Shown here: positions 17,901-34,742 of the stretch, piece after piece
Layout: every line of letters starts with the position of its first letter
Position numbering within the stretch: position 1 is the first letter of the stretch
From: Blastocatellales bacterium
Lineage (GTDB): Bacteria > Acidobacteriota > Blastocatellia > RBC074
Direction: 5' to 3'
NCBI GenBank assembly: GCA_050249535.1
Contig: JBFWQI010000001.1
Coordinates: 149,541-213,540, forward strand
Length of the DNA stretch: 64,000 nucleotides
The notes under the pieces: generated by a model
Seen by the model: the letters and a program-made list of their open reading frames with translations, nothing else
Databases searched by the model: none
What the model was told of the DNA's origin: nothing
Made by a program: the position numbers and the translations under genes

Positions 17901-20900
17901 GGCAACACGAGCGGCATGATCAGTCTGGCCGGAACTGCCAGCGACAACCGCGAGGTGACGATTGTCAGATGGAGGAACGAGCGCGGTCTGAGCGGGGTTG
18001 CGCAGTACAACTCCGCAGCCATGACCTGGTCGGCTGACGCAATTCCGCTGGCGACCGGATTGAACCGGATCACTGTCAGCGCTGAAGACGAGGCGGGCAA
18101 CATCGGTCGGACAGTGATCGACGTTAATTCGGTTCCCGCGTCGATTCTCGTTACCGTAGCCGGAAGCGGCAACAGCGGAAATTCCGGCGACGGAGGGCAG
18201 GCCGTCAGGGCGGACCTGTCACGCCCGATCAGGATAGATTTCGACACGGCAGGCAATCTCTATCTGACCGATTCAGACAACAACACCGTCCGCAAGGTGG
18301 CGCCCAACGGTGTCATCACGACCGTGGCCGGAAACGGAACCGAAGGGTTTTCGGGCAACGGCGGACCGGCGACGCAGGCGCAGCTCAACTTTCCAGTCGG
18401 AGTTGCGTTAGACGGCGCCGGAAACATCTACATTTGCGACAATTTCAACAGCGCAGTCAGGAAGGTAACGGCATCCAACGGCATCATCAGCACTCTGACC
18501 GGAAACGGCTCGGATGGATACGGCGGGGATGGCGGCCCGGCAGCCGCAGCGATTCTCAACAACCCGCAGAATGTGGCCGTCGATGCGGCCGGCAACGTCT
18601 ACATTTCAGATTTCGGCAACAACCGGATTCGCAAAATCAACGCGGCTGACGGGACGATCTCGACCGTGGCCGGGACGGGAGTCCAGGGCTTTTCGGGCGA
18701 CGGAGGACCCGCAACCTCGGCAATGCTCAACCTGCCGAACAATGTCTGGGTCGATAAATCCGGCAACATCTTCATTTCAGATGCCGGAAATAACCGGATC
18801 AGGAAGATCAACGCGGCGGATGGAGTAATCAGCACGATAGCCGGCAACGGAGCTCGCGGTTTCAACGGCGACGGCGGCCCGGCGCTGAATGCCGAACTGT
18901 TCGGGCCGGCATGCGCGATTACGGACACAGCCGGCAATCTTTATATCTCAGATCGTTCGAATCACCGTGTCAGACGCGTCGCCGCGGATACGGGGATCAT
19001 CACGACTATTGCCGGTCAGGGGACCGCCGGCTATTCGGGCGACGGGCTCGCCGCGATCTCCTCGGCGCTCAATGCGCCAACGGGGCTCGCATTCGATCCC
19101 GCCGGCAGACTGCATATCGCCGATCGTCAGAACCGACGCGTCAGAAAACTTGTCAGCGCCGTGGCGAACGACTCTGCTCCGCCGGTCATCGCGATCACCG
19201 ATCCGGGATCTCTGCCCGGCTATGTCACCGCCGAGAGTACGTTCAGGTTGTCCGGCACCGCCGCGGACAATACAGGCATCTCGCAGGTGATCTGGAGCAA
19301 CGATCGTGGAGGCAGCGAGCAGGCCTCCGGCCTTGAGAACTGGACCGTCCAGCGGGTGCCTCTGCAGGCCGGCGAAAACAGGCTGACGGTCACGGCCTGG
19401 GACTTCAACGGGAATGCCGCCAGCGCGAGTCTGACGGTGACATTCAACCCGCCGCAGATTCTGACAACCTATGCCGGCACGGGAGTCGAGGGCAACAGCG
19501 GCGAACCGGGAGCGGCGATTGCGGCGAGGCTCTCATTTCCGTCGGGCATCGCCTTCGACAAGCAGGGCAATCTGTACGTCGCCGAAGCCGGCAATCATCG
19601 GGTCAGAAAGATCACGCCGGGCGGTCTGATCATGGCCTTCGCCGGGAACGGGATGCTCGGTTCGTCCGGCGACGGAGGCCCGGCGACAGATGCGAGATTG
19701 AACGAGCCCACCAGCGTGGCTGTCGATTCCAAAGGGAATGTCTACATCGCAGACAACGGCAACAACCGTGTCCGGAAGGTATCGACGGACGGGACGATAT
19801 CGACCGTCGCGGGAACCGGAGCCGAAGGATTTTCAGGCGACGGAGGCCCTGCAGTCCAGGCACGACTCTATCTTCCGATCGGAATCGGCATCGATGGATT
19901 GGACAATCTGCTGATCGCCGACGCGGGGAATCTGAGGATCAGGAAGGTCAATGCCTCGACCGGCGTCATCTCGACGATTGCCGGCGACGGTCGCGTCGGA
20001 TTCGGCGGCGACGCCGGGCCGGCGACCGGTGCGCAGTTCAGGTTCCCGTACGGAGTGACCGTCGATCCGAGCGGCGTAATCTACATTATCGATGCGGCTG
20101 ACCATCGCGTCCGTCGAATCTCACCCGATGGCATTATCACGACCTATGTCGGGACCGGCGACGCCGGTTTCAGCGGGGACGGCGGACCTGCCGCACAGGC
20201 GCAGATCAATTTCGCCTCTTACATCAGGACCGATTCGGCGGGAAATCTGTATATCGCCGACTATGCCAATAACAGAATCCGCAAGGTCACACTGACGACC
20301 GGCATCATCACAACGATTGCCGGAACGGGTGTCGGAGCGTACGGAGGGGACGGATCCTCGCCGCTGCTGGCCGACCTGAATCTGCCCAACGACATCGCCT
20401 TCAGCCCGCAGGGCGATCTCTACATTGCGGATTACCGGAATCATCGCATCCGCAGGATCGCTGATCCGGCATCCTTCCTCGCGGTGACGGGCGTTTCGGC
20501 CGCCAGTTATCTCAGCGATGCTCTGGCGGGCGAATCGATAGTCGCGGCCTTTGGAGTCGATCTGGCGACATCGGTCAGGGTCGCCGGTCAGACGCCCTTG
20601 CCGTTCGATCTCGACGGCACTACCGTCAGGATCAGGGACAACGAGGGAGTCGAAAGACTATCGCCGCTCTTCTTCGTCGCGCCGGGGCAGATAAACTTCC
20701 AGGTTCCGCCGGGCACGTCGAGCGGACTGGCGACCATCTCCGTCACTTCGGGAAGCGGCAGCCTGTCGACCGGGACGTCCAGGATAGCCGCCGTCGCACC
20801 GGGTATCTTCTCGGCGAACTCCGATGGAAGCGGCGTCGCCGCGGCCGTTCTGCTGCGCGTCAAGGCGGACGGTTCGCAGACCTTCGAGACGGTCGCCAGA

Positions 20901-21200
20901 CTGGATAATGCCACCGGGCGGTTCGTCAGCATTCCCGTCGACCTCGGGCAGCCCGGCGATCAGGTCTTTCTGATACTTTTCGGCACCGGCATCAGATTTC
21001 TCAGCTCTCCGGCCGGTGCGTCGGCGACGGTCGGAGGAATGCCGGCTGAACTGCTGTTCTCCGGCGCACAGGGCTCGTTTGTCGGCCTCGACCAGATCAA
21101 TCTGCGCCTCGGTCCCGAACTTGCCGGCAAGGGAACCGTCGAGATCAGACTGACCATCGATGGACGCGTCTCGAATCCGGTCACACTGGAGATAAAATGA
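14931..21200 (+). CDS. Giant secreted protein (2089 aa): an N-terminal sortilin/BNR-like beta-propeller region, Ig-like domains, about 14 NHL repeats and a C-terminal Soli_cterm domain.
   Basis: There is a signal peptide. Asp-box motifs are present ([52 protein letters not shown]). Repeated NHL units of the form [46 protein letters not shown] occur. The C-terminus ([21 protein letters not shown]...[21 protein letters not shown]...) is homologous to the C-terminus of the 955-aa protein. Confidence 0.85.
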   Translation: MSYRHYAWVLLILLSPAVVNGVSVLAEFQEERDRGAGRPAMEGSPVARRRDERRKVKSPPKRRLSEILTGQVEPGERPRTDTGPGDANRVNRLMEKAEARYDQPREAMEFFRLKRLPEGMKNIPIEKYLEAGERMKGMARYSSLLDRKMGAEESLNLTAGGAQAGAWQSLGPGNIGGRTRALVINPQNPNVMYSAGVSGGVWKTVNAGATWTPIADLVGNITVSSIAMEPGSPDTLYIGTGEGVAIFSRDTQGDFRGAGILKTTDGGQTWTRLESTAGEDFHFVNDLVISPVDKNRIYAATRSGIWRSTDAGVSWTNILTPRNDFNETVTGGCLDLAIRTDVQSDYVFASCGTFEKASVYRNTDASGGGLWTIVLSEEGMGRTALAISPSNQSIVYALASSVEFGPYELALYAVFRSDNGGDGWNAVLRNTSQNKLSTSILSIPQLALGSDCGSSEFDDFFGQAWYDLVIAVDPVDPNRVWAGGIDIFRSDDGGLSWGLAGPSYANTNFDLGPIHPDHHVIVFHPQYDGTSNQIMYVGNDGGLYRTDNARAGVVLNPAAICGPINPGVKWMSINNNYGVTQFYHGTAMPDGKTFFGGTQDNGTVLGTESAGIDGWKEINGGDGGFVAVDPTDPATLYASFTGISFRKSTDGGLSFGSATYGIGSGDTGFFITPYVMDPSEPQVLWTGGDYIWRTTSGASRWERASALTAGTTKVSAIAVAPTDSNRVMVGMGDGYILRNQSALTSDFNTTWQFSRPRDGYVSSLTFDPLNRDIVYATYSTFGGKHVWRSIDGGVIWTSIDGSGSGAIPDVPVHSLAVDLSNTSRLYLGTDVGVFISNDGGANWAVENTGFANVITETLQIRVINGVTMLFAFTHGRGAWRVPINNSGCGYSLSKSTIRVGAAGTTGNLNVSAAPAGCNWMASSNANWLSVSGSGSSDGAAAWSVEENTGFDSRTGTATIAGRSFIVIQDGRRDDAVPVVAITSPSGGPVTGNTSGMISLAGTASDNREVTIVRWRNERGLSGVAQYNSAAMTWSADAIPLATGLNRITVSAEDEAGNIGRTVIDVNSVPASILVTVAGSGNSGNSGDGGQAVRADLSRPIRIDFDTAGNLYLTDSDNNTVRKVAPNGVITTVAGNGTEGFSGNGGPATQAQLNFPVGVALDGAGNIYICDNFNSAVRKVTASNGIISTLTGNGSDGYGGDGGPAAAAILNNPQNVAVDAAGNVYISDFGNNRIRKINAADGTISTVAGTGVQGFSGDGGPATSAMLNLPNNVWVDKSGNIFISDAGNNRIRKINAADGVISTIAGNGARGFNGDGGPALNAELFGPACAITDTAGNLYISDRSNHRVRRVAADTGIITTIAGQGTAGYSGDGLAAISSALNAPTGLAFDPAGRLHIADRQNRRVRKLVSAVANDSAPPVIAITDPGSLPGYVTAESTFRLSGTAADNTGISQVIWSNDRGGSEQASGLENWTVQRVPLQAGENRLTVTAWDFNGNAASASLTVTFNPPQILTTYAGTGVEGNSGEPGAAIAARLSFPSGIAFDKQGNLYVAEAGNHRVRKITPGGLIMAFAGNGMLGSSGDGGPATDARLNEPTSVAVDSKGNVYIADNGNNRVRKVSTDGTISTVAGTGAEGFSGDGGPAVQARLYLPIGIGIDGLDNLLIADAGNLRIRKVNASTGVISTIAGDGRVGFGGDAGPATGAQFRFPYGVTVDPSGVIYIIDAADHRVRRISPDGIITTYVGTGDAGFSGDGGPAAQAQINFASYIRTDSAGNLYIADYANNRIRKVTLTTGIITTIAGTGVGAYGGDGSSPLLADLNLPNDIAFSPQGDLYIADYRNHRIRRIADPASFLAVTGVSAASYLSDALAGESIVAAFGVDLATSVRVAGQTPLPFDLDGTTVRIRDNEGVERLSPLFFVAPGQINFQVPPGTSSGLATISVTSGSGSLSTGTSRIAAVAPGIFSANSDGSGVAAAVLLRVKADGSQTFETVARLDNATGRFVSIPVDLGQPGDQVFLILFGTGIRFLSSPAGASATVGGMPAELLFSGAQGSFVGLDQINLRLGPELAGKGTVEIRLTIDGRVSNPVTLEIK

Positions 21201-21357
21201 TTGCCGGCCGGACTCCTTCAACTCCGGCCTGTTTTCCTGTAGAATGCCTGTTTCAGATTTGAGGCGGGATCGCGGTTGCCGGCTCTTCATCTCGGGCATC
21301 GAGACGTCGGGCATTCTGGCGAACAGTTACTTTCATTACAGGGAATCATCAATCTTC

Positions 21358-21732
21358 ATGGAGATCATAAGAACAGACCGGGCGCCCGAAGCGATCGGAC
21401 CGTATTCACAGGCAGTCAGAGCCAACGGGATGGTATTCGCGTCGGGCCAGATACCTCTCGATCCCGCGACCATGCAGATCGTCGATGGAGACATTCGCGT
21501 TCAGACGGAACGGGTACTGCTCAATCTGAAAGCTGTGCTCGAAGCCGCCGGCACGTCGCTCGAAAAAGTCGTCAAAACGACAGTTTATCTGGCCGACATG
21601 AATGAATTCGCGGCGATGAATGAAGTTTACGCGAAATTCTTCGGCGAGTCCCGACCGGCACGGGCGACCGTTCAGGTTGCGCGACTGCCGCGCGACGTGA
21701 GAGTCGAAATAGATGTCATCGCCCTGGCGTGA
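21358..21732 (+). CDS. ridA: RidA/YjgF-family reactive-intermediate (enamine/imine) deaminase.
   Basis: [38 protein letters not shown]...[24 protein letters not shown] is the canonical RidA signature. The upstream ATG at 21244 lacks homology, so I take 21358 as the start. Confidence 0.8.
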   Translation: MEIIRTDRAPEAIGPYSQAVRANGMVFASGQIPLDPATMQIVDGDIRVQTERVLLNLKAVLEAAGTSLEKVVKTTVYLADMNEFAAMNEVYAKFFGESRPARATVQVARLPRDVRVEIDVIALA

Positions 21733-21770
21733 TTGTACCGAGGGGCAAAACAGCAGTTATTCAATCGATG

Positions 21771-22910
21771 AAAAGGAGCATATCAACTGTGCGAAAATTT
21801 CTGATGCCGTCTTTCTTTCTGGCAGTCGCGCTTGTCGTTACGGCCTGCAACAGCGGCGGATTGACAGGCTCGACAGAGGGCGGAGATGACGTGGCCGCAA
21901 TTGTTAACGGCACCAAACTGATGGTCAAGGATGTGGACCGGGTCATCACCCAGCAGTTCAGGGGGCAGGAGAACCAGCTCTCGCAGCTGGCTCTGGCAGC
22001 CTATCGACTTCAGGCGCTCGACAATCTGATCAATCAGGAGGTTCTCTATCAACGCGCCCAGAAAGAGAACAACACCCCGACAGACGATGAGATCCGGCAA
22101 TACCTTCAGCGGTACAAGCAGGAGAACGGATACACCGAAGAGGCTTTCGCCAATGAGCTGAAGCAGACCAACCAGACCGAGGAACAGTTCAGGGAGTTCG
22201 TCCGGAAGCAGTTGGCGATTCAGAAGCTGATCGAGAAGGCGGAGGCTCAGTTGAAGGTCCAGGATCGCGAGGTCGCCGACGTCTACAATGCCAATCCGAA
22301 GCAGTTTTCGATTCAGCCGGGCGTCCAGCTTTCGGACATCATCATCGATCCGGCCGACAACGGGATGAAGTTCGATGTGCAGGGTGAAACGGCCGCCGAG
22401 CAGCGCGTTCGCGAGATACAGACGCGACTGCGCAACGGATCCGATTTCGCGACCGTCGCGCGCCAGCTCTCCGAGCACCAGACCGCGCTCCAGAGCGGAG
22501 ATCTTGGTTTCCTGCCGCAGAGTCAGTTCTCAGGCCTTCCCCAGATGATGGGTCTGCCGGCAACCCTCGGCGAGAGATTCATGGCGATGAAGGAAGGCGA
22601 CATCACCGAGCCGATCAAGGATTCCGCCGGCCGGTGGCACATCTTCAAGCTGACCGGCAAGCAGACCGAGACGCGCGACCGGACGATCGACGATCCTTCC
22701 GTCCGGCGCGAGATTTCGGATGCGATCCTCAATCAGCGCAAGCAGATCGTCGGATCGGCGCTTCAGGCGCGCGCGAGAGATGAAGCCAAGATCGACAATC
22801 TGCTGGCTCAGCGGACGATCGAGAACCCGAACAGCTTCGGCGTGCTGAGACCGGTTCCGGCAGCGACGGCGGCGGCGTCCCCGTCAGCAACGCCGAGCCC
22901 CGCGAAGTAA
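21771..22910 (+). CDS. SurA/PpiC-type (parvulin) peptidyl-prolyl isomerase lipoprotein.
   Basis: There is a lipobox, LVVTAC. The N-terminal region is SurA-like. A PpiC rotamase region is present (QLSDIIIDPADNG...GDLGFLPQSQF...). The alternative start at 21729 overlaps ridA. Confidence 0.65.
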   Translation, partial: KRSISTVRKFLMPSFFLAVALVVTACNSGGLTGSTEGGDDVAAIVNGTKLMVKDVDRVITQQFRGQENQLSQLALAAYRLQALDNLINQEVLYQRAQKENNTPTDDEIRQYLQRYKQENGYTEEAFANELKQTNQTEEQFREFVRKQLAIQKLIEKAEAQLKVQDREVADVYNANPKQFSIQPGVQLSDIIIDPADNGMKFDVQGETAAEQRVREIQTRLRNGSDFATVARQLSEHQTALQSGDLGFLPQSQFSGLPQMMGLPATLGERFMAMKEGDITEPIKDSAGRWHIFKLTGKQTETRDRTIDDPSVRREISDAILNQRKQIVGSALQARARDEAKIDNLLAQRTIENPNSFGVLRPVPAATAAASPSATPSPAK

Positions 22911-22947
22911 GCGGCGTCGCTCCATAACTGCAGAACGATTCGGACCG

Positions 22948-22992
22948 CGAAGGTCGTCTCCAAAGGGGCGGCGACCTTCGCTTCGCATTTTC
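22948..22992 (+). terminator. Possible rho-independent terminator after the PPIase gene.
   Basis: The sequence is cgaaggtcgtctccaaaggggcggcgaccttcg followed by cttcgcattttcgg. Confidence 0.3.
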
Positions 22993-22999
22993 GGAATCA

Positions 23000-24922
23000 A
23001 TGCTTTTTCGACTTTCCGATGTTCATAAGTCATACGGCGCGCAGGAAGTTTTGCGCGGCGTGACGCTTCAGTTCAATCCTGGCGAACACGTCGGCCTGGT
23101 CGGTCGCAACGGGGCCGGCAAGACGACGATTCTGCGGATGATCGCCGGCACGGAGACTCCCGACAAGGGCGAGATCGACCGGCTGCGCGGTCTGCGTGTC
23201 GGTGTGCTCGACCAGCACGTGGATTTCAGCGGCGCCGAGACTTTGCTCGATGCCGCGCTCGGCGTCTTCGAGAGATTGCGCGGACTCGAGGGCCGGATGC
23301 GCGAACTCGAGCACGCAATGACCGAAGCATCCGGCGAACAGCTCGACCGGATCATGCACGATTACAGCGACGCGCAGCACACTTACGAACACGAGGGCGG
23401 TTTCAGCTACCACGCGCGGGCCGAGAGCGTCCTGCTCGGGCTCGGGTTCTCGACCGGGGACTTCCCGAAGCGGGCTGAGAGTCTGTCCGGAGGCGAGAAG
23501 AACCGCCTCGGCCTGGCGCGCCTGCTCCTGCTCGAACCCGACATTCTCCTGCTCGACGAGCCGACCAACCACCTCGACGTCGATGCCGTCGAATGGCTCG
23601 AAGAGTACCTGGCGGCCTCGAAATCCGCCTATCTTGTGATCTCACACGACCGGTTCTTTCTTGATCATACAGTCAGCAGGGTGCTCGATCTGGAGTTCGG
23701 CAGGATCGAGAGCTACAAGGGAAACTACAGCGACTATCAGGTCGAGAAGGCGGAACGCCTCGAGATGCGGCAGCGCGCATACGAGCAGCAGCAGGAGATG
23801 ATCGCGCGAACGGAAGATTTCATCCGCAGGAATCTGGCCGGTCAGAAAACCAAGCAGGCCAAATCGCGCCGCAATTTTCTCGATCGCCTCGAGCGGCTTG
23901 AAAACGTATCGAGTCAGGACTCGGCGAATTTCAGGATCTCGCCGACCGTCAGAACGGGCGATCAGGTGCTGGTGATCGAGGATCTGTCGATCGGTTTTCC
24001 GGGCAGGACGCTGGCAAGCGGGATCAATCTGCTTCTCCGTCGTGGAGAGCGTCTCGGGATCATCGGCGGCAACGGGACTGGCAAGACCACGCTGGTCAGG
24101 ACACTGCTCGGCGAGCAGCGGCCGCTCGACGGCGAAATCAGGTGGGGCGCCGGCGTCGATATCGGATACTACGACCAGCGGCTGCTCAGCGTCGATGACC
24201 GGAACACTGTCATCGACGAGCTTCGAACGGCCGCCGCATCGACCGTTACCGACGGTGAACTGCGCGGGTTTCTGGGGCGATTCCTCTTCTCTGGCGACGA
24301 CGTTTTCAAACCTGTTTCCGCGCTCTCGGGCGGGGAGAAGGGAAGACTCGCGCTGGCCAAGCTGATCTACTCGCGCGTCAATGTGCTGGTGCTGGACGAG
24401 CCGACCAACCATCTGGACATCGACTCACGCGAGGCGCTCGAGGACGCGCTCAACTCTTTCGGCGGGACGATCATCACGGTCTCTCACGACAGATATTTTC
24501 TGGACCGGATCGCCACTCAGATACTGCACTTCGGTGATCCGGGCGTCGAGTTCTTCAACGGCGGATACAGCGAGTATCACGACGAACAGTTGAGGCTCAG
24601 ACAAGCCCGTCAGGCGGCCGAGGCTGAGGCGCAGAAGCAGGAGCGCGCGGCCCGCAAGGCGCAGGCCGTCCGGACGCCCGCCTCGAAAAAGTCGAAAACG
24701 AAATCTCCCTCGCCGGCGGAGATCGAAGCTGCCATCGCGGAAGCAGAGGCCGAGCAGCATCGCCTCGCGGAGATGCTTTCGACCGACGAGATCGCCCGCG
24801 ACAAGGATCAGCTCTTCGCCCTGACCGAGCAGTACCAGACGCTCGACGATCGCCTCAAGGATCTCTACGCCCGCTGGGAGGACGCGCTCGAAGAGGAAGG
24901 CCGCTCGATGGCACAGGGATGA
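23000..24922 (+). CDS. ABC-F family ATPase with two ABC domains and no transmembrane domain, similar to translation/ribosome-associated factors.
   Basis: There are two Walker A motifs (GRNGAGKTT and GGNGTGKTT) and two LSGGEK signature motifs. A linker separates the domains, and the tail is a lysine/alanine-rich coiled coil. Confidence 0.85.
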   Translation: MLFRLSDVHKSYGAQEVLRGVTLQFNPGEHVGLVGRNGAGKTTILRMIAGTETPDKGEIDRLRGLRVGVLDQHVDFSGAETLLDAALGVFERLRGLEGRMRELEHAMTEASGEQLDRIMHDYSDAQHTYEHEGGFSYHARAESVLLGLGFSTGDFPKRAESLSGGEKNRLGLARLLLLEPDILLLDEPTNHLDVDAVEWLEEYLAASKSAYLVISHDRFFLDHTVSRVLDLEFGRIESYKGNYSDYQVEKAERLEMRQRAYEQQQEMIARTEDFIRRNLAGQKTKQAKSRRNFLDRLERLENVSSQDSANFRISPTVRTGDQVLVIEDLSIGFPGRTLASGINLLLRRGERLGIIGGNGTGKTTLVRTLLGEQRPLDGEIRWGAGVDIGYYDQRLLSVDDRNTVIDELRTAAASTVTDGELRGFLGRFLFSGDDVFKPVSALSGGEKGRLALAKLIYSRVNVLVLDEPTNHLDIDSREALEDALNSFGGTIITVSHDRYFLDRIATQILHFGDPGVEFFNGGYSEYHDEQLRLRQARQAAEAEAQKQERAARKAQAVRTPASKKSKTKSPSPAEIEAAIAEAEAEQHRLAEMLSTDEIARDKDQLFALTEQYQTLDDRLKDLYARWEDALEEEGRSMAQG

Positions 24923-24923
24923 T

Positions 24924-25391
24924 ATGAAGACGATCGCCGCCCGCATACTCGACTCCCTCGGGATCGAATACGAACTGCGGGCCTATGAAGTCAACGAAGA
25001 CGAACTCGACGCGATCACCGTCGCTCGAAAGGTGGACATGCCGCCCGAGGCCACCTTCAAGACGCTGGTCGCCCGCGGAGACAGGTCCGGCGTCGTCATG
25101 GCGTGCATCCCCGGCGATCAGGAACTGGATCTGAAAAAACTCGCTTCCGTAACCGGCTCGAAGAAGATCGATCTCGTTCAAGTCAGGGAGATCCTCGGAC
25201 TGACCGGGTACATTCGCGGCGGAGTCTCGCCGCTCGGCTCGAAGAAAAAGTATCCGCTCTTTATCGACGAGACCGTCATACTTCATGACCGGATCAGCGT
25301 CAGCGCCGGGCAGAGAGGGCTTCAGATGATCCTCGCGCCGCAGGATCTGATCGATGCATCAGAGGCTCGGCTCGCCGACCTGACTAAATGA
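24924..25391 (+). CDS. ybaK: YbaK/ProX-type Cys-tRNA(Pro)/aminoacyl-tRNA deacylase.
   Basis: The product begins [21 protein letters not shown] and includes TFKTLV and [11 protein letters not shown], which are characteristic of the YbaK family. Confidence 0.75.
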   Translation: MKTIAARILDSLGIEYELRAYEVNEDELDAITVARKVDMPPEATFKTLVARGDRSGVVMACIPGDQELDLKKLASVTGSKKIDLVQVREILGLTGYIRGGVSPLGSKKKYPLFIDETVILHDRISVSAGQRGLQMILAPQDLIDASEARLADLTK

Positions 25392-25855
25392 TACCTCATC
25401 GAAAGCCTGAACATATGAACGACACCTTTGAAATGGTTCCGCCCGCCTCTTCGGCAATCATCGTCTTCATCTGCATCATCGGCCTTCTCGGGGCAATGAC
25501 GCTGCTCTTCTCGTGGATGTCCTACAAGTCGATGCGGACGTCGATCAGCGTGCGCGACGACAAGCTGGTTCTCGACACGGCCATCTACGGCAGATCCGTT
25601 CCGCTCTCAATGATCAAACATCAGGAAGTCGAGATAATCGATCTCGGTAAAGGATCTCCCTGGGAGCCGCGGATTCGGTCGAACGGCATCGGGCTGCCGG
25701 GATTGCAGATCGGCTGGTTCAGCCTGCGCAACGGGGAAAGGGCGCTGCTCGCCGTCACGGACAGATCCCGCGCGGTACGAATTCCCGTCAATGACGGATA
25801 TACGATCATCGCCAGCGTCAACCATCCGGAACGACTGGTCGGACTTTTGAAATAA
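25388..25855 (+). CDS. Hypothetical membrane-anchored protein with a bacterial PH-like domain.
   Basis: There is an N-terminal transmembrane helix ([20 protein letters not shown]). The start overlaps the ybaK stop by ATGA. I make no confident domain call. Confidence 0.4.
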   Translation: MIPHRKPEHMNDTFEMVPPASSAIIVFICIIGLLGAMTLLFSWMSYKSMRTSISVRDDKLVLDTAIYGRSVPLSMIKHQEVEIIDLGKGSPWEPRIRSNGIGLPGLQIGWFSLRNGERALLAVTDRSRAVRIPVNDGYTIIASVNHPERLVGLLK

Positions 25856-25883
25856 GCGCTCGAATCCTACTGACCGTGATCCG

Positions 25884-26615
25884 ATGAAATCGATCGGCAA
25901 AAAAAGAAAGCACGATCTGGCGCGGTCTCTGCCCGACATACCGCGATGGATCGAGACGCGATCGATGCTCCTGTCCGGCGATTGCGAACTTGTCGGACCG
26001 ATCGAATCCGCGCCGCCTGCGTTCATCGTCAGGAGGCTGCGGACCGGACTGATGGCCGTCGTCGGCCTGCCTTCGCCGGGATCGATCAGTTCAGCCGCCG
26101 ATGGTTGTGAGACCATTCTGGCGCCGCCGGAAACGACTGAGCACGTGCTTAGGGCGCTCGACGGGTGGACCGCGACCAAAGCGCTGCTTCACCTGCCCGG
26201 TGAAGCGCCCTTTCCGCTTCCCGATACGAAGTTGGATATCAGGATGATCGGCGCGGCCGAACTCGAGAGAGGACGTGAGATCCCTGACGAACTGAAGGAA
26301 GAACTGCTCGATGCCTGCAGCGTTTCGCCGGTTGCCGCGGTCTTTTCAGGATCCGAGCCGGTGTCGTTCTGTTACCCCTCGGCGATCACCGAGACTCTCT
26401 GGGACGTTTCGATCGACACGCTACGGCAATATCGAAATCGCGGATACGCCCGCGCGGCGGTGCTGTCGATGATCGAATTTATGCGAATAAGCGGGCGCCG
26501 GCCCGTCTGGGGCGCCGAGGTCTCGAATCAGGCCTCGATCGGCCTCGCCCGGAAGCTGGGTTTCGTGGTCGTGGATGAACTCAATGTTATCGTAAAGCCG
26601 GAAGGGGAGCCGTGA
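25884..26615 (+). CDS. GNAT-family N-acetyltransferase.
   Basis: The C-terminal region (RNRGYARAAVLSMIEFMRISGRRPVWGAEVSNQASIGLARKLGF) matches the acetyl-CoA-binding motif A/B pattern of GNAT enzymes. Confidence 0.55.
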   Translation: MKSIGKKRKHDLARSLPDIPRWIETRSMLLSGDCELVGPIESAPPAFIVRRLRTGLMAVVGLPSPGSISSAADGCETILAPPETTEHVLRALDGWTATKALLHLPGEAPFPLPDTKLDIRMIGAAELERGREIPDELKEELLDACSVSPVAAVFSGSEPVSFCYPSAITETLWDVSIDTLRQYRNRGYARAAVLSMIEFMRISGRRPVWGAEVSNQASIGLARKLGFVVVDELNVIVKPEGEP

Positions 26616-26662
26616 TTGCACTCCTCACGGCTCCCCTCGGTGTTATTTCGATACGCTGGCCG

Positions 26663-28039
26663 TCAGCGGATCTTCGCGATCTCCTCGAAGTACTTGACGA
26701 ACATCTTTATTCCGCCGGATGTCTGGCGCCAGTCGTAGTTCTCGTTCTTGGCGTGATAGCCGTGTTCGGGAAGGCTCAGGCCCAGGAAATTGATCGGCGA
26801 CTTGAGATGCTTCTGAAGCGTGACCACCGCGCCGATCGACCCTCCCTCGCGGGTGAAGGCCGGTTCCTTGCCGAAGGCGAACTTCATCGCCACGCGGGCC
26901 GCGTCAGCGTAGGGCCCTGAGAAATCGCCGATGTAGGGCTCGAGCTTCTGAATCGCATCGACGCGGACATCAGGATTGATCTTTCTGACGAAATCCCTGA
27001 CCAGCCGCGCAATCTTGTCGCCATCCTGATTCGGCACCAGACGCGTGCTGATCTTTGCCTCGGCGCGGTAGGGAACTATCGTTTTCACGCCCGGCCCGCC
27101 GTATCCTCCGGTAATGCCGTGCAGTTCGAAGGTCGGCGCCGCCATAAAAGCCTTGAGCACATCGGCCTCCGTTTTCAGATTCGGTCTGATCGATTTCAAC
27201 TCGTGCGCTCGCTTGAACTCTTTCGTCGTGAAGCCGGAATTGACGAAGCTGGCGATCTCGGACTTGGTCGCTTCGCGGACATCATCGTAAAATCCGGGAA
27301 TCTTGACCTTGCCGGTCTTCGCGTCGTAGCACTGGCTTATAACCTGCGCCAGTTCGCCGATCGGATTCCGCGCGACTCCGCCAACCAGGCCTGAATGAAC
27401 ATCCTTGGCATGCGTCTCGAGGCTGAAGATGAAGGCCTGGAGCCCCCTCAATCCGTAGGGCACCGCCGGCTGCTTGCGCGAGATCCAGATCGTATCCGAG
27501 ACCAGAAACGAATCGGATTTCAGTTCCTTGCGGTTCTTTCTGACGAAATACTCGAAATTCGGCGATCCGATCTCCTCCTCGAGTTCCCAGATGAACTTGA
27601 AATTGAGCGGGATCTGATGCTCGACCGCGTATCGGACGGCCATCAGCGCAGTCAGCGCGGGCCCTTTGTCGTCAGTCGTTCCGCGCCCTTCGTACCTGTC
27701 GCCGGTCCTGTAGAATGTGAACGGCGCCTTGTTCCATTCCGACGGGTCCGCCGGCTGAACGTCCAGGTGGTTGTAGATGGTTACCGTCGGGTAGTCGCTG
27801 CCGGTGACGATCGAACCGAAGACTACCGGATTGCCGGGCGTCTTGACCGGAGCGGCCGTCGCGCCAACTTCCCGCAGATACTGCGAGGCAACCTCAGCGC
27901 ATTTGAGTATATCCGCCTGGCGTTCAGGCTCGCTGCTGACGCTCGGGATTTCAACCAGCGCTCCGAGCTTGTCCTCGAACTCAGCCCGGGAGCTGCGAAT
28001 ATATGAATCGAGATCTTTATATAGTCCGTTTTTGCTCAT
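26663..28039 (-). CDS. M20-family metallopeptidase/dipeptidase (ArgE/DapE/CPG2-like).
   Basis: [11 protein letters not shown]...[10 protein letters not shown]...ELEEEIGS motifs are present. These give the His, Asp, Glu and Glu/His metal ligands typical of M20 enzymes. Confidence 0.8.
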   Translation of the reverse strand: MSKNGLYKDLDSYIRSSRAEFEDKLGALVEIPSVSSEPERQADILKCAEVASQYLREVGATAAPVKTPGNPVVFGSIVTGSDYPTVTIYNHLDVQPADPSEWNKAPFTFYRTGDRYEGRGTTDDKGPALTALMAVRYAVEHQIPLNFKFIWELEEEIGSPNFEYFVRKNRKELKSDSFLVSDTIWISRKQPAVPYGLRGLQAFIFSLETHAKDVHSGLVGGVARNPIGELAQVISQCYDAKTGKVKIPGFYDDVREATKSEIASFVNSGFTTKEFKRAHELKSIRPNLKTEADVLKAFMAAPTFELHGITGGYGGPGVKTIVPYRAEAKISTRLVPNQDGDKIARLVRDFVRKINPDVRVDAIQKLEPYIGDFSGPYADAARVAMKFAFGKEPAFTREGGSIGAVVTLQKHLKSPINFLGLSLPEHGYHAKNENYDWRQTSGGIKMFVKYFEEIAKIR

Positions 28040-28060
28040 CTCATCCTCCTACGATTATGT

Positions 28061-29980
<1,920 letters not shown>

Positions 29981-30064
29981 GTGATTAATTTCAGATCAGC
30001 GGGTATTGCGGATGACAATGATCCAATCGGATCGATTCGGCCTGATCGATCGGATTGAAAATTT

Positions 30065-30769
30065 TCAGGAGATGAACTTGAGGGTTGTCTCACCGATCTT
30101 GACCACGTCGCCGTTGCTGAGCGGGTATTGCTCCTGCGGTTTGAGGCGCGTCATTCCGTTGACTATCGTTCCGTTGGCGCTTCCCAGATCCTCGACGAAA
30201 AACTGCCGCCCCTTGACAGTCACTCTGGCGTGCCTTCGCGAAATCCTGGATGCAGGATCGAACTTGGTCAGATCCACGTCGGGACGTATGCCGCGATGCG
30301 GATCGAGCCGGCCGATCGTGATCTCGCCATCGGCCGCCAGCGGATACTGCGCATCCACCTCGACATCCATGACCACCAGTTTGGCGATCGTCCTTTCGAC
30401 GCTCGGCGGGCGCTCGCCGAAGTAAATCCGGTAGAGGTCGCTCGGCGTCATCTCGTGCCCGCAATGAATGCAGGGAGTTATCGACGGAACCGGCGCATTC
30501 CCGACCTGCGTCGAATAGAGCTCATTCTCATGAACCAGATTATCGAGGAAGTGTTCCCGCTCCGCTTCCGCCATCCGATCCCAGTCGATCCCTCTCTCCC
30601 GGCAGATTCGCTTGAGCTGGGCGACGGCGAAATCAAGTCTCGCCGATCTCTGCAAACGGTCGTCTTCAGCCAGCATCTGCAACAGGGAGCGCTTGTGTTC
30701 CGGCGCCAGTTGCGAAACCCAGTCCCTCAGTTGGTCTTCGGCTGATGGTGAATTCGTCATCCCTTTCAA
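30065..30769 (-). CDS. FHA-domain protein with an N-terminal zinc-ribbon-like region and a C-terminal FHA domain.
   Basis: The C-terminus reads [15 protein letters not shown]...ISRRHARV...[16 protein letters not shown]...[11 protein letters not shown], which is the FHA signature. A CIHCGH motif lies upstream. Confidence 0.7.
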   Translation of the reverse strand: MKGMTNSPSAEDQLRDWVSQLAPEHKRSLLQMLAEDDRLQRSARLDFAVAQLKRICRERGIDWDRMAEAEREHFLDNLVHENELYSTQVGNAPVPSITPCIHCGHEMTPSDLYRIYFGERPPSVERTIAKLVVMDVEVDAQYPLAADGEITIGRLDPHRGIRPDVDLTKFDPASRISRRHARVTVKGRQFFVEDLGSANGTIVNGMTRLKPQEQYPLSNGDVVKIGETTLKFIS

Positions 30770-31056
30770 CCTCTCTTCATCGCGATCGCATCCGCTTAGC
30801 CTGTCAATTTACCGCTGCGCGATCTCTCTGTTATTCTGCCGCGTCGTCTTTGAAGATTCCTGATGCCTCATAGTTTACTTCATTTTCACGGCCCGGACCC
30901 TCCAAATTACGCATGATTAAAAAATGTTTTGCTTTGATTCACAGGATTGAACTAATATAATATTCCTTCATCATAAATCAGTCTTTTTGAAGTTATAAGA
31001 ATCAGAAGGAATACAGGAAGGGAAGCGACGACGGGGGGCTTGTTTCAGTAAAGCCA

Positions 31057-34165
<3,109 letters not shown>

Positions 34166-34415
34166 ATGTTTGTTCTTTTGTCTCCGTTCAGCATCTTTTC
34201 CTTCAGTCTCCGTGACGCCTCTGTCATCCCTGTGTCTCGGTTGTGAGTTAAACCGCGGTTACACAGAGATCACTGAGGTCACGCAGAGAGCAGTGCTGAC
34301 AGGTTACTATTTAATTTTCTGAGTTGCGATTTTCGCTGGAAAAATTCACCGAAAAGGGGTATAAATTTCGGTATCCCCGTACAGGCTGTGCCCGCCCTAT
34401 ACCTCACTGGCCCCC

Positions 34416-34742
34416 TTGGAGTTGATAATGCAGATTGAATCAAGGGTTGCTGCAACGTACAGCAAGAATTCAGGTGTAACTGTATCAGATTATCCGGATA
34501 TTCATGTTTCCGGAAAATTCAGAAATCCCGCCGATATCAAGGCGAAACATCTCACCCGCGAATCCAGAGTCGATCAGGTATCGGCGTCGGTCGTAATCGG
34601 ACTGACTGCGCTTTTCATCGCATTCATGTTCGGGTGGGTGACCAGCCTGATTACTGACATCACCGAGAACCTCCTCCTGAGCCTGTTTATGGGGCTCTGT
34701 GTTGGCGTGATAGCATACGCCCTGATGAAGGAAGAGGACTAA
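34416..34742 (+). CDS. Small hypothetical membrane protein.
   Basis: There are two C-terminal hydrophobic helices. The call is weak; the stop overlaps the convergent glucosidase gene. Confidence 0.3.
   Translation: MELIMQIESRVAATYSKNSGVTVSDYPDIHVSGKFRNPADIKAKHLTRESRVDQVSASVVIGLTALFIAFMFGWVTSLITDITENLLLSLFMGLCVGVIAYALMKEED

Noticed and set aside
21244-21357. Upstream extension of ridA from the ATG at 21244.
   Set aside because: The extension ([23 protein letters not shown]...) has no homology to RidA proteins, which begin near MEIIRT. The internal ATG at 21358 gives the canonical length.
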